NCBI GenBank assembly: GCA_965240325.2
Contig: OZ251229.1
Span: 1,736,001 to 1,800,000, forward strand
Length of the DNA: 64,000 nucleotides
Origin: Rebecca billardiae RCC1528
Lineage: Eukaryota; Protista; Haptophyta
Reading direction: 5' to 3'
Made by a program: the position numbers and the translations under genes. Numbering within the stretch: the first letter of the stretch is position 1; each line of letters starts with the position of its first letter. Positions 50,641 through 63,100 of this stretch are shown here, one piece after another. The notes under the pieces were generated by a model, which made no database searches, had not been told where the DNA came from, and saw only the letters and a list, made by a program, of their open reading frames with translations.

Positions 50641-51723
50641 GGCGGCCCGAGGGTGGCCGGCCGGCCGCCTCCGTGACCGTGTCGCCATGCACGACGCTCA
50701 ATGTGCTGTACTATGCTGATCACGGTGATCTTATTCTATGCTGCGCCGTATGCGTCGTCAGCAGAATATCATGCGCAGATGTCATCATTGACGATCGACG
50801 CCGCCTTGAACTGGCGACGCGCGATGATAAGTTCATCATCACGAGTCGTGCATCACTATGACTATATAATGCAGGCGGCCGCGGAGCCCGGCGCGGCGGT
50901 GCCGGTGGTGACTGGTGATCGGTCAGCATCGCGCGGATGACGACTCATTATTATTAATAATATTATTCATATTCATTTATTGACTACCGCCCATCATTAT
51001 TGGCGGTCATTATTATTGGATGTAACGACCGCGATAGTGCGCGACACCGCGGCAGGATGACCGAGAAGTACTCGCACAAGGACGGCTCATGATCGTCGCG
51101 CCCGCGCGGCGCGCAACACCCTCGAACGCCTTGCCGCTTCGTGCGGATGACCAGCACGCGACGGTTGTCGCGCGCGAGACGGATTGACTACTCGGGCTGC
51201 GCACGCGCCTCACGTCCGACGTCCACAGCATGCGTCGCTTTGGCAAGAAGAGCGCAAGGCCGCGCCGCACAAACGATTCATTCGCCGTTCGCAACACTGC
51301 GCGGGCATCTGCCGCATCTTGGAAGTGGCCACCACAACAAACCATGCTGCTGGGAAGTGTAGGTCACTGCCGTGGCGACGCAGGATGCTCAGCTATGCCG
51401 CGCCGACACAACATTGTCTGCTACTTGTACATTAGACGCATCTGTCGGGCTGCCAGTCTTGTCAGCTGGCTGCCGGACGAGTGACGACGAAGGCTCCCCG
51501 ACCGTGCCCGCTCTCCGGGAAGGACGCCGACGACAGGTCAGGCCCGCTAGAAAAACAGGTTTCCAGCCAAAGTTGCGCAGCGGAGCTCCAACCCCTATTA
51601 TTTCAAGGCTGTAATCGGGTTTGAGCGTGTGCCTTGCAGATGCTGGAGAGCTGGTACTCTCCGCCATCGCACTCGCTTCGGGCTGTGCGCCCGCCGAGTA
51701 CCGCTACGGCCCTTGGAGTAACG

Positions 51724-53493
51724 ATGGCGGCGCAGTCCGGAGGATTGCAGACCTTTCCCAAGACCCCACCGCGCGCCCGTGCGTTCGCTCGGCCAAGCGC
51801 TCGGCAGTTCAGGATGTGCGCCCTGCTTCGGGAGCCGCGGCGTCCATACACCACGGGGTGTACAAGCACCGTGCTGTGTGTGCTCACGGCGGCGTGCGCG
51901 ATCTGGTCGGCGCCGACGATGGCCCTCGGGCAGTCGTCACGCCCGCCAGATCAAGATGGAATCGGCATCGTGCGTCTCGCACGGGGGACCGTGCTGCTCC
52001 CGTGGGTGGACCCGGCGCCTCGCCCTGGCAAGCTGAACTGTGGTGCGCCCGAGCAGGCACACGCGCCCCACCGCCCCTGCATCCTGCAGCTTCTCAACGC
52101 CAGCAGCCGAGAAAAGTTAGATCCTAACAGCGGCAACCTGATCTGGGCCTACGGAGCTGGCAGCCTCCTTCCGCCGAGGCTGGACGACAGTGGGGCCACG
52201 GGCTGGGTGGATGCACGCTTGCCGAACGCCACGGATGCCACATTCATCGCGACTGCGAACATCGTGTGCCCGGCGGAAGCCACCTGTGAGCGCCATGGAG
52301 CAGATCACCTCAGCGGGATCGTCGATCAGGTCAAGCGCGGTCATCATGCCACCACGCCTGCGCCAGTTGTGGTCGTCGGCATGGGGATCCAGCTCAGCTT
52401 TGACAGCTACACCCGGGGATCTTGCTCGCCAGGATGCTGCGACCTGGGCAGCCTGGCGCGCATTGGCACCACGGACGGCAGCCGAGTGGTGCTCAGCGAG
52501 AGGATGCGCGCCAAGCTTCGTGCTCTCAACGACCATGCCGTGCAGCATGGCGGTGGCATCGGCCTGCGGGGCGGATTCACGCTCGCAGCCGTGCGCGCCA
52601 ACTGCCAGGGGTGCACCGCCTTCCGCGCCCTCGGATGCCCCTCGCTCTTCCTCAACACGGGGCCTCAGCTGGGCATGCGCCTGCAGGCGCGGTACCGAGA
52701 GCTGGTGAGCAAGCTCGCGGCGGGTGAGGGACAGACGCGCCCGCAGCTGCGATTGGCCGTGAACTTTCCGGCCAACTGCGACAAAACGGATGCGTGCCCG
52801 CAGCTGTGGGCCGGGCTGCTCGGCCTGCTGCGGCGCCACCCAGACTCCTTCGCGGTGCTGCAAACGCCACAGGATGTCAGTGCAGCCCATAGGCTCCGCA
52901 TTCCGCACAACCGCCTGCGCTACTTCACGGATGTTCGGGCGTGGATCCGAGCACTCAAGGACGTCGACCTGGTGCTGGGCGCGCGCATCCACGGCTGCAT
53001 GGCGGGCATCGCGGCGGGTACGCCAGTGCTGCTGCTCGCGACCGACTGGCGGCAGCTGGAGCTCGCAAACACCATGCACATCAGCTCCGCCGTGGTGGAG
53101 CTGGGCAGTGCGGGCATGCGCCACGCTCCTTCGGCTCCAGCTGCTGCGGGCTCAGCGACGGCCGGCCCGCCACCCGCAGCGCGGGCAGGGCAGCGCGGTC
53201 TTGAGCCGATACTCTCCGAGCATGCCGACCCAGTGCGGCGCTCAATGAGCAGCGCCCTCGCCGGCCGACCCCCCGAGGTCGCCTGGGGGTCGAAAAGCAT
53301 GAAGAGCGGCGCCGCCTCTGCTCGGCTGCTCAAAATGGCGGCGCACGCTGCTGCACACTTCGATGGGGCGGCCTTCGACGCAAACCGGCGCATGCTGGCT
53401 GTCGAGTACGTCGCGATGCTGCGCGCGGCCGGCATGCCCACTGCGTGGGACGCATATTCCGGCAGCGAGCTGGCCGCATGGCGATTGATGTAG
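51724..53493 (+). CDS. Polysaccharide pyruvyltransferase family protein (start uncertain)
   Basis: NSGNLIW, VVVGMG, IGLRG..T, LGCPSLF and GARIHGCMAGIAAGTP motifs; hydrophobic N-terminal segment. Confidence 0.8.
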   Translation: MAAQSGGLQTFPKTPPRARAFARPSARQFRMCALLREPRRPYTTGCTSTVLCVLTAACAIWSAPTMALGQSSRPPDQDGIGIVRLARGTVLLPWVDPAPRPGKLNCGAPEQAHAPHRPCILQLLNASSREKLDPNSGNLIWAYGAGSLLPPRLDDSGATGWVDARLPNATDATFIATANIVCPAEATCERHGADHLSGIVDQVKRGHHATTPAPVVVVGMGIQLSFDSYTRGSCSPGCCDLGSLARIGTTDGSRVVLSERMRAKLRALNDHAVQHGGGIGLRGGFTLAAVRANCQGCTAFRALGCPSLFLNTGPQLGMRLQARYRELVSKLAAGEGQTRPQLRLAVNFPANCDKTDACPQLWAGLLGLLRRHPDSFAVLQTPQDVSAAHRLRIPHNRLRYFTDVRAWIRALKDVDLVLGARIHGCMAGIAAGTPVLLLATDWRQLELANTMHISSAVVELGSAGMRHAPSAPAAAGSATAGPPPAARAGQRGLEPILSEHADPVRRSMSSALAGRPPEVAWGSKSMKSGAASARLLKMAAHAAAHFDGAAFDANRRMLAVEYVAMLRAAGMPTAWDAYSGSELAAWRLM

Positions 53494-53870
53494 ATTGTAG
53501 TCGTCAATGATGGCAGCCGCGCCTGAGCCGCCGGCGAATAAGCCGCGAATACATTCTCAGTGTCGTCTGATGGACCCTTGTGATGGACTCTCTGCTCTCG
53601 GCTGCTGATAGAATGACCGCGTTCCGCGGTCCTTTTCTGCATAGAATCAACGCAGTTGGGGGCCCGCGGTGGCCGTGCAATCGCGGCTCTCCGCCGTAGT
53701 GGCAGTTCGCCAGTTGAAGTCGGTTCTGAGATGACTGAAGCTACAGTATATTAGTCCGACCGTCGCCCTGCCTGCGCGACCGCGAGACTCATTCACACTT
53801 CACACAATCACAGCAGCGGACCTGAGACCGCACCCGGCACCGGTCGTCAAATCGGACGTCCGTCTGACAA

Positions 53871-54017
53871 CTAGCTGCCAAATGTCCAACTGGCTGATCA
53901 GCTCGGATCCGACCCGTCCGCGATCGTGCCATCGGCATCGGAATTACTACTAGTAGCTGCCAAACTGTGTCCAACTCTGGCTGATCAGCTCGGATCCGAC
54001 CCGTCCGCGATCGTGCC
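53871..54017. repeat. Two-copy ~60-bp direct repeat
   Basis: tagctgccaa..gtccaact..ggctgatcagctcggatccgacccgtccgcgatcgtgcc occurs twice. Confidence 0.85.
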
Positions 54018-55095
54018 GAGTGAGTCGTGCCGCGGAGCTCGGAGTACTGAAGGAGTCGGGTGTGACAGCAGGGTGCTTTAGCGCTGCGGCCCGTGCCAGC
54101 CAACGACCAGACGTACTCTGGCCACTTGACCCGTTGCACGGGTGAGTGACCGTACGCCCTGCCTAGTGCCTACCGCGCGCGCCGCGCGACCGGCGACTCG
54201 GGGTGATGGAGAGCGGATGGCGACCTGTGCAGCAGCAGTCCTCATGAAGACGATGAAACTGGCGGCACGGGTGCACGAGGTGGCAGGCGAAAGCGCGCCG
54301 ACGAGACCGCATTTGACACACCTGAGCCGCACGCGCGTGCCGTCGCCGAGCCGGCGAGCGCTGCAAACGCGCAACCGTACCGCGCGCGCCACGACGGCGC
54401 GGCACTAGCTGATGCAGGCCGTACTGCCGGCACTGCTTCTGCGATCATGCGCCACGGTCGCAGCTGACTGCGTGAGCAGCAAGCGGGAGGCGGGTCCGGA
54501 GGCACGTGCAGGCGCCGTCCCGCATATCCGCCATCGCCCATCGTGCCGGGGCACGTCACCTCCGACGATCCGGATGTGGCCCAGTCCGGACGTCACGCGA
54601 TCCGGGAAGACGAGTACGATTCGCTCGTAACGAACCGTTACACTAATGTCACGTCCAGCTGACGTCCAGATCGCACTTTACTTAGTCTTAAGGGAATCAG
54701 CTGGGCGCGCTTTTTTTTGGCCTGATAGACCTCTCAATGCGATCTCAAAAACTCGAAACTCGGTCTCCGCCAGCCCTAAAAATCGCCCCCCGTCCCTTTT
54801 TTCCCGCCGCCCCCCGTCCCTTTTTTCTTGATCAAAGATCTTTTTGAAACGTGGTTCGGGCCCGCTGGTGCGGGCTCCACGCTGCGCGCTCCGCCCTGCA
54901 CCGCGGGCCATCACTATCTCTCTCTAGCTTACAGTCGTAGCTCGTCGTCTCGATAGCGCTCTCGTCTCGATCTCAGTACTACGACTCTCGATCTCTCACT
55001 TGACTCACTATAGTCACTACCGTGTAGCTCTGACTCTGAGAGTGAGTGACTCGTCTCGATCCTCTCTCAGACTCTATCTCTCTAGCTCACTCTGA

Positions 55096-55316
<221 letters not shown>

Positions 55317-56267
55317 ACCACTGCCCCCATGCCCTGCGGCGCTGCTCGAAGACGAAGAGTCGAAACGTCGAGCACGACCGAGAGCTGGCGGATGGTCGTG
55401 GCGTGAATTGCGTCTTGGGACAGTCCACGATGATGGTCGTGATCGGCGGACACGAATACACGATCATGTTACGCATAGGTTTGGATTTTACCAACTGACG
55501 GACGACGATACTGCATGGGCGCGAGCAGTGCGGAGGCGCAGCAGCTGCCTGTAGTCGAGAGGGTGAGGTCAGTCAGTCACGGAGGTCGACGGCCGATACG
55601 GCTGACCAGACAGCACGGGTTGCACAGCACAGTTACCCCAGACAGAGGGTGGGAGGGTGGGCAAACAATGAACCGCCGCCTCAGAGCTGACGCGGCAGCA
55701 CGTGAGCTGCTGGACGAGAATGTGATGCCGGACGAGAGACGATGCGGCTGCCGTGTGGCGCTGCAGGGCGGAGGCGCTGACAGTAGCAACCTCTGCACCG
55801 AGCAGAGGGGACTGCCAAAGGCGTACACCTCCTGTGTGCAGAGCTCACAATCAGTGGTAGGAGGAGAGTGTAGCGTGCGGTGTCAGGGCCCCCCTGCCCG
55901 GCTCGGCGCCTTGTGTCGTGACGCGCCCTCGTACCTCGGGCCGAGCCGCGCCGAATGCCAAAAGAGTCGCGCCTCTGATGACGCAGGAATCGCCGAGCAA
56001 GTCCTGCAGGCGGTGCCGACCAGATTAGCTTGAGCTGCCGAAAAGGTGTCCGACACTCACTCCGACTACCAGGACTGCACGCGCGCTGGTCGCTGGACGG
56101 CGGGCGCCCCGGCCGGACAGCTGGTTGATGATGCCAATAAATGAGCCGGCGGATCTACTGGCGGTGGTGTCGCTGGCCTATTACTCGATCTATATCGTCA
56201 CTCACAGTTATTATTGTGCCAATAACTCGCCGCCATCACGACAGCACGTATCCGATATCGTCGGCAT

Positions 56268-56268
56268 A

Positions 56269-56299
<31 letters not shown>

Positions 56300-56303
56300 A
56301 GCA

Positions 56304-56350
<47 letters not shown>
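56268..56350. repeat. (TA)n microsatellite
   Basis: Directly visible, just downstream of the homeobox stop codon. Confidence 0.95.
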
Positions 56351-56352
<2 letters not shown>

Positions 56353-56408
56353 CTACACATACACATATACACATGTATACATATCTTATCAGCTTACAGC
56401 CCTCGTCG

Positions 56409-57377
56409 TCACTGGAGTCGTCGCCACGGGAACTGCGGGCTCTCCTCCGGTCCACTGAGTCGCGTTACCGCATGCAAGAGCGACACCGCGCGGTCGATCT
56501 GTTCCAATGCGTGCATTTGGTCGGCGGCGGTGGCCTCTGGCGCCGGCGCCAGCGATGTGCGCCGCTGCCTCATCACCAGCTCAGCCGCGCCGGCCGCGCC
56601 GAGCCGCTGCGTGAGCACATCGGCGATGGGCTGAGCTTGTGGAGCGCGCGACGTCCATGGACTTATCTGCGCCCCCACCGCAGCCTGCGCAAGTGCCGGC
56701 ACGCCAGACAATGGCCAGTGATGCGCGATACTTGGCAACGCTAACGGGTTGTTGGCGGGATAGGCTGCTAGTAGTGGTGGTTGGTGTGGCTGCTGTGCGC
56801 CGCGGAGAAGCCCCAGATGGGCAGCCGCTCCATACGGGACCCCATGTGCGGGCAAATCAAGTCGCGCCACGGGCAACCCCGCCGTCACGTGCGCAGGTAG
56901 CGGCGATGACAGCATGCCGTGCGCGAAACTCGGCAGCGGCTGGAAGGCGCATGGCTGTTGTGGTTGTGCGAGGGGGCCCGAACTCTCGAGGGCAGTCGCT
57001 GCATGCAACGCCGTCTGGGCGGACAGGTCACCGGCCGCACTCCCACACGATGCGGGCGGAGTCCATGCACCCGAGAGGTCGGCATGGGATTGGACGATGC
57101 GTCGATGCAGCTCCACGGCGCTCTCCCCGTGAAGCGTCGTCTTTGTAAATGCCGTCGCCCCTTTCGCCTTGCGCACGCGCCGCCGCCGGTTCTGGAACCA
57201 CACGTACACTTTGTTCGCTGGCACCTCAAACGTGTCAGCGAGCACGCCGATCGTGGCGCGCGAGGGCGTGTTGCACTCCGTGAAGACCGCCTCGAGCGTG
57301 ATCATCTGCTCAAGCGAAGGCTGCCATCGCATGCGCAGAGTGGACGCCCCGTCGTCCTCGTCGTCGGGCTCGTCCAT
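56409..57377 (-). CDS. Homeodomain transcription factor
   Basis: RMRWQPSLEQMITLEAVF..TPS..I..LA..F....KVYVWFQNRRRRVRK; likely ATG at 57377. Confidence 0.85.
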   Translation of the reverse strand: MDEPDDEDDGASTLRMRWQPSLEQMITLEAVFTECNTPSRATIGVLADTFEVPANKVYVWFQNRRRRVRKAKGATAFTKTTLHGESAVELHRRIVQSHADLSGAWTPPASCGSAAGDLSAQTALHAATALESSGPLAQPQQPCAFQPLPSFAHGMLSSPLPAHVTAGLPVARLDLPAHGVPYGAAAHLGLLRGAQQPHQPPLLAAYPANNPLALPSIAHHWPLSGVPALAQAAVGAQISPWTSRAPQAQPIADVLTQRLGAAGAAELVMRQRRTSLAPAPEATAADQMHALEQIDRAVSLLHAVTRLSGPEESPQFPWRRLQ

Positions 57378-58569
57378 CGCGACTCCCTCAAGCCGGTGAT
57401 CACGTGTCGTGAGTGGGAGGGTTCCCGGGCGGTGTTGACAATGGTGCCGGTTCCTGCAAACGGCCTGCGAGTTGAAACTCGCCCCAACACGGATTGCCAC
57501 CGTGTGTATCAAAGGTCTCAAGCCCAATCGAAATCATTCTTTGCAAACCGTCGCTATTATCCCAACTACCAAGATTTTTCACCTGAGATGCTCTGGATGC
57601 CTTGTGCTCATCACAAAGGCGTACAGTGCAGGTACGAGTGTTTAATCAGAGGTATGAGTCGTCGCGGAGATGATGATCTCCGCCGAATCCACTATTGAAA
57701 AGAAGTTTCTGATTAATAAATCTGATGAGCTCCCCACCTACTACTAGATTCCTCACGAACAAATTGACCGTGCCCACCGGGCACGGGGACGACTCGTTGA
57801 GGCATGACGAGACCGCCTGACAACCTTCACAACCGCCACTGTTTGCGTACGTGGAACCTCCTGCACCCCGCAAATGCCATCTCAGCAGATGCCTCGCGGT
57901 CTGCACCACATTGACGACCGCACCACTGCCCTATGCAATGGCTCGCCTCGCAAAACCATCCTGCACCGCAGCCCCTCGTCCATGGCATCATATCCGCTGC
58001 CGCGGCGCGGACACCCGCTCTGCTCAGTGCGCGGAATGTGCAAGTTCCCAGCGCGCGTGCGTGAACGTACTGAGAACAGTAGACGAAGGTTGCCAGGGCT
58101 TCTCATGTCGCCCGCTTGGGCCTGAAGGTCCGGCATGCGGAGTCGTCCACCGCGTGCTGCTCAGCCTCATGCCACCGCATCGGTCGGATCGGCCGACTCA
58201 CCTGCCGCATATATTAGATATACGTCACAGACCAACGGCGATTGAGCTTGACTCCAGTGACGATGTGCGATAAGAAGCCCCAAACCTGCGCGGATAATCC
58301 GGATATGGCCGTGTGGTGTCTGATGTCGCCGGTGCGGCATCGTCGGTATACCGTAGCCAGTTATTGCTAATACTGGCTCCGAAGACCGCTCCGGAAGACT
58401 ACCGCTGTACGGTCACAGTCTCCCGGCTCAGTCTGCACAGAGTCCGAGTGGCTGTGCGCGTACGGTCTATTTATAATCGCCATTGTCAGGATCCGCGCCT
58501 GCCAGAGTCATCTGATCACGAAATCAGCATCACTGCGCCGTATCAACGACGACATAATATGGCGCGGCG

Positions 58570-59602
58570 TCATGGCAGCAGCAGCTGCCGCGGCGCCGAC
58601 TGCTCTGGCAGCACCTGCGCCGCCGCCGCCGCCGCGGGCCGAATGCGTCCACTTGGCCGCTCCCCGACGACGACGGTGCGCGTCTCAGTCGGCGCGGCCG
58701 CCGGCCGCCGCTCATCATCGGCGCCACGCTCGGCGCCCGCGGCGGCGCTACTGATGCGCCTCGACCCGTCCGGCGCGGCCACCGCCACCGCCGCGAGCCG
58801 CCGCCGCTTGCGCCAGCTCCACAGCAGCGCCGCGCACGCGCACGCGCATAGCAGCGCCGCCACGCCGGCGGCGACGCCGATGCCGACGACAGTCTGGGCG
58901 CCAACGCGGGCAGCGCCGCCCGCCTCGGCGCCCGCGCCGGTCACCGTCGCGCCGCCCGCCGCCGCGCCACCGCCGCTGCCGCCGCCGCCCTCGCCGTCGG
59001 ACGAGGCGCCCTCGCCCTCGGCATACACCACCTTGACCACCTTGGTCACGGCCATCGCGAGCACGCTCGCGCCCGTCGCCTCCTGCACGGCCTGCTCGAT
59101 CGCCTCGGCGCTGCTGAGCACCAGCTCGGCGAGCGCTTCGACGGTGGGCGCGGGCGAGCGCTCTGTGTGCAGGACGTCGAAGACGACGGTGGTGCTGCCG
59201 CCCAGCACGGCGAGGATCTCGACGTCGCTCGCGCTCACGTTGAGGCCGTCTGCCACGCCCCGCTGGAACGTGTCGCGCTGCGCCTGGCCCGCGTCCGACG
59301 TGGCATCCCAGTCGCTCGGGTCGCCGTCCATCGTCAGTTGCGCGCGCACGCGCTCCACGCCCGGGTCGCCCGTCACGGGCGGGAGCGGCGGCGGCGCGGG
59401 CGGCGGGCTGGGCGGCGGGCGCGGGCTGGGCGGAGGCGGTGGTGGCGACGAGGGCGGCGGCGACGCGGGCGGCGGCGGCGAGGGTGGCGGCGGCGGCGGC
59501 GGCGCCGAGGGCGGCGTGGGCGGCGGCCTCGGCTGCGTGCGCGGCGGAGGTGGCGGCGACGCGGGCGGCGGCACGGGAGGAGGCGGCGGCGGCGGCGCGG
59601 GC

Positions 59603-59633
<31 letters not shown>

Positions 59634-59932
59634 CGAGCGGCGGCGGCGGTGGTGGCGAGGGCGGCGGCGAGGGCGGAGGCAGAGGCTGCGGCGGCGGCGG
59701 CGCGGACGGCGGCGGCCGCGCGGGCGGCGCGGGCGGCGGCGAGGGCGGCGGAACGGGCGGCGGCGGTGAAGGTGGCGGCGGCGGCGGCGGCGCCGAAGGC
59801 GGCGTGGGCGGCGGCCGCGGCTGCGTGCGCGGCGGCGGCAGCGGGGGCGCGGGCGGGGGCGCGGGCGGAGGAGGCGGCGGCGGCGGCGGCGGCGCGGGCA
59901 ACGGCGTGGGCGGCGGCGGCGGCGGCGGCGCG

Positions 59933-59965
<33 letters not shown>

Positions 59966-60034
59966 GAGGGCGGCGACAGTGGCGGTGGCGACGGCGGCGC
60001 CGACGGTGGCGGCGGCGAGGGCGGCGGCGGCGGC

Positions 60035-60072
<38 letters not shown>

Positions 60073-60118
60073 GGGCGGCGGCGGCGGTGGCGCGGGCGGC
60101 GGCGGCGCGGGCGGCGGC

Positions 60119-60149
<31 letters not shown>

Positions 60150-63100
60150 CGCGCGGCGGCGGCGGCGGCGGCGCGCGCGGCGGGCTCGACGGCGGCGAGA
60201 GCGGTGGCGGCGAAAGCGGTGGCGGCGGGCGCGCGGGCGGCGGGCGCGGCGGAGGCTGTTGCGGGCTCGACGGCGGCGGCGGCGCGCCTGGCGGCGGCGC
60301 GCGAGGCGGCGCGGGCGGCTGCGGCGGCGGCGACGGGCTCGGCGGCGGCGGCGAGTGCCTCTCCACCAGTTCGAGCGCGCCCTCGAGGTTGTCAAAGTGC
60401 GCGCCGTCCGCGTCGGTGCCGCACTCGGACGCGACGGCCGCGTTGGCGTGCGCGCGGTCCTGCAGCGCAATCCGGAGCACCGCCGCGCCCGCGCAGCGCC
60501 CGTCGGGCGGCGCGACGCGCAGCTCGACCGAGTCGGCGTTCACCTCGGACATGCGCAGCGCGCCGGGCGCGTACACCACCGCGTGCGCTTCCTGATACAG
60601 CCCGCCATCCCACGCGAGCAGCAGCTTCACGCTCAGCCCGTGCCGGGACGTGTACCCGCCAGCAGCGGGCATGAACTGCCACGAGACGCGCACCGCGCCA
60701 GGAGCGCCGGGCGCGGTGGCGAGCGTCAGAGAGACGAGCCGGTCGGCCCAGCCCGAGCGGAGGCACGCCGAGCCGGGCAGCAGCTCGATGAACGTTCGTG
60801 GCGACGTCGCGAGGGATACGGCCGCGCATGCGGGCGGCGCGGGCGGCGGGCGAGGTGGCGCGTGCGGCGTGGGCGGCGCGGGCGGCGGCGGGCCCAGCGG
60901 CGCGGGCGGCGGCCGCGGCGGCGGCGCGAGCGGGCCGGGTGGCGGCGCGCGTGGCGGCGCGCGCGGCGCCGGCGGCGCGGGCGGGCTCGGCGGTGGCGCG
61001 GGCGGGCTCGGCGGCGGCGCGGGCGTGAGCGGGACGATTGCAAATGTGCCCTCCAGGTTGTCGTAGTGCGAGCCCGCGTCGGCCGTGCCGCACTCGCCCT
61101 CGAGCTCGTCCGAGGGCCCCGCGCGGTCCTCGAGCGACACGCGCACGACCGCCTCGCCGCCGCACGCGCCGGGTGAAATCGTGAGCGTGTGCGCGCCCGC
61201 GTTGCTGCCGTCGAGCGAAAGCTCAGCCGGCGCGTACACAGCAGCGTGCACCGTGCTGTACGGCCCGTCGCCGTACGCGACGAGCAGCTTGAGGCTGATG
61301 CCGTGCTCCTCCGTGTAAGAGCCGCTGCTCGAGGCGACAAACGACCACTCGACGAGCAGCTCGCCCGGCGTGCCCGTGCTGCCAAGCCGCAGCCACTCGA
61401 AGCGGTCGTCCGACGGCTCGCGCGTGCACGCCGAGCCGGGCAGCAGGTCGTAGAACGTGCGCGGATCGTCGGGAGCCAGCGAGACGTCGCCGCACAGCGG
61501 CGGCGCGGGCGGCGCGGGCGGCGCGGGCGGCGGCGCGGGCCACGTCGGGCAGCCGGTTGCGGTGAGCACATACACACCCTCGTCTGATGCGTAGCCCTCG
61601 ACGAGCGCGTAGTACGTCGCGCCGGCGGGCACGGCGACGCTCAGCGACGAGGCCAGACCGCAGCCACCATCATCGTCCGCCGCCACCTCCGTCGCGCCCT
61701 CGCCGTCAGGGCAGCCGTCGTACACGCGCAGGTACGTGTCGAATGACGAGCCGCACGTGTCGAGCGTCGCCTCCCAGCCAGCCGACCCGCCCTCGAGGGC
61801 GTACACGTGCTCGCCTGACGGGTTGCCCACGAGGCTCGTCGCGCCGACGGTGCTGCCGCTCGCGGGCGCGGCGCACGACAGCGGGCCGCGCGACATGGCG
61901 CACGCGGGCGGTGGCGCGGGTGGCTGCGGCGGCGCGTGCGGCGGCGGCGCCGGCGGCATCGGCGGGCGCGGCGGTGCGCTTGGCGGCGTCGGCGGCGCGG
62001 GCGGCGCAGGCGGTGGTGCACTCGGCGGCGGGCGCGACGGCGGCGACGGCGGCGGTGACGGCCCGGCACGCACGATCGCGAACTCGCCCTCCAGGTTGTC
62101 GTAGTGCGAGCCGTCGCGCGCCGACGCGCACGCGCCGTCGACGCGGTCGGTCGAGCTCGCGCGGTCCTCGAGCGACACGCGCACCGCCGCGCGCTCGGCG
62201 CACGCGCTCGGCGGCATCGCGTACACCCACGCGTCTGTGTTCAGCGCGTCGAGCTCGAGCTCGGCCGGCGCGTACTCGCGGCGCAGCACGGGCGCGAAGT
62301 CGGCGCCGCCGAGCGCCACGGCGAGCTGCACGCTCACGCCGTGCGCCTCGGTGAACGTGCCGCTGCGCACGGGCACGAAGCGCCACTCGATGCGCAGCTC
62401 GCCCGCGACGTCGGTCGCAGCGAGCGAGAAGGACTCAAGCCGGTCGTCGGCGCGCGCTCCGCGGCGGCACGCCGAGCCTGGCAGCAGGCCGTCGAACGCG
62501 CCGCCGACGACGGCCACGCCGGAGCAGAGCGGCGGCGCGGGCGGCGCGGGCGGCTGCGCGGGCGGCACGGGCGGGCCGGGCGGCGGCTGCGCGGGCGGCG
62601 GCGGCGTGGGCCCGCTCGGACAGCCTGTGACTGTGAGCGCGTACGATCCCTCGAGCGTCGAGAAGCCCTCGACGAGCGCGTAGTACGTCACGCCGGCGGG
62701 CACGGCGACGCTCAGCAACGAGGCCAGGCCGCAGCCACCATCATCGTCCGCCGCCACCTCCGTCGCGCCCTCGCCGTCAGGGCAGCCGTCGTACACACGC
62801 AGGTACGTGTCGAATGACGAGCCGCACGTGTCGAGCGTCGCCTCCCAGCCAGCCGACCCGCCCTCGAGGGCGTACACGTGCTCGCCTGACGGGTTGCCCA
62901 CGAGGCTCGGCGCGCCGATCGTGCTGCCGCCCGCAGGCGCGGCGCACGACAGCAGCCCGCGCGACATGGCGCACGCAACTGGCAGCGGCGTGGGCGGTGC
63001 CGGCGGCGCCGGCGGCGCGGGCGGCGGCGCGGGCGGCGTCGGCGGGCTCGGCGGCGGCGCGGGCGTGAGCGGGACGATTGCAAATGTGCCCTCCAAGTTG

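Noticed and set aside
58313-60595. 760-aa Gly-rich + strand ORF
   Set aside because: Antisense of the poly-Pro stalk of the minus-strand membrane protein.
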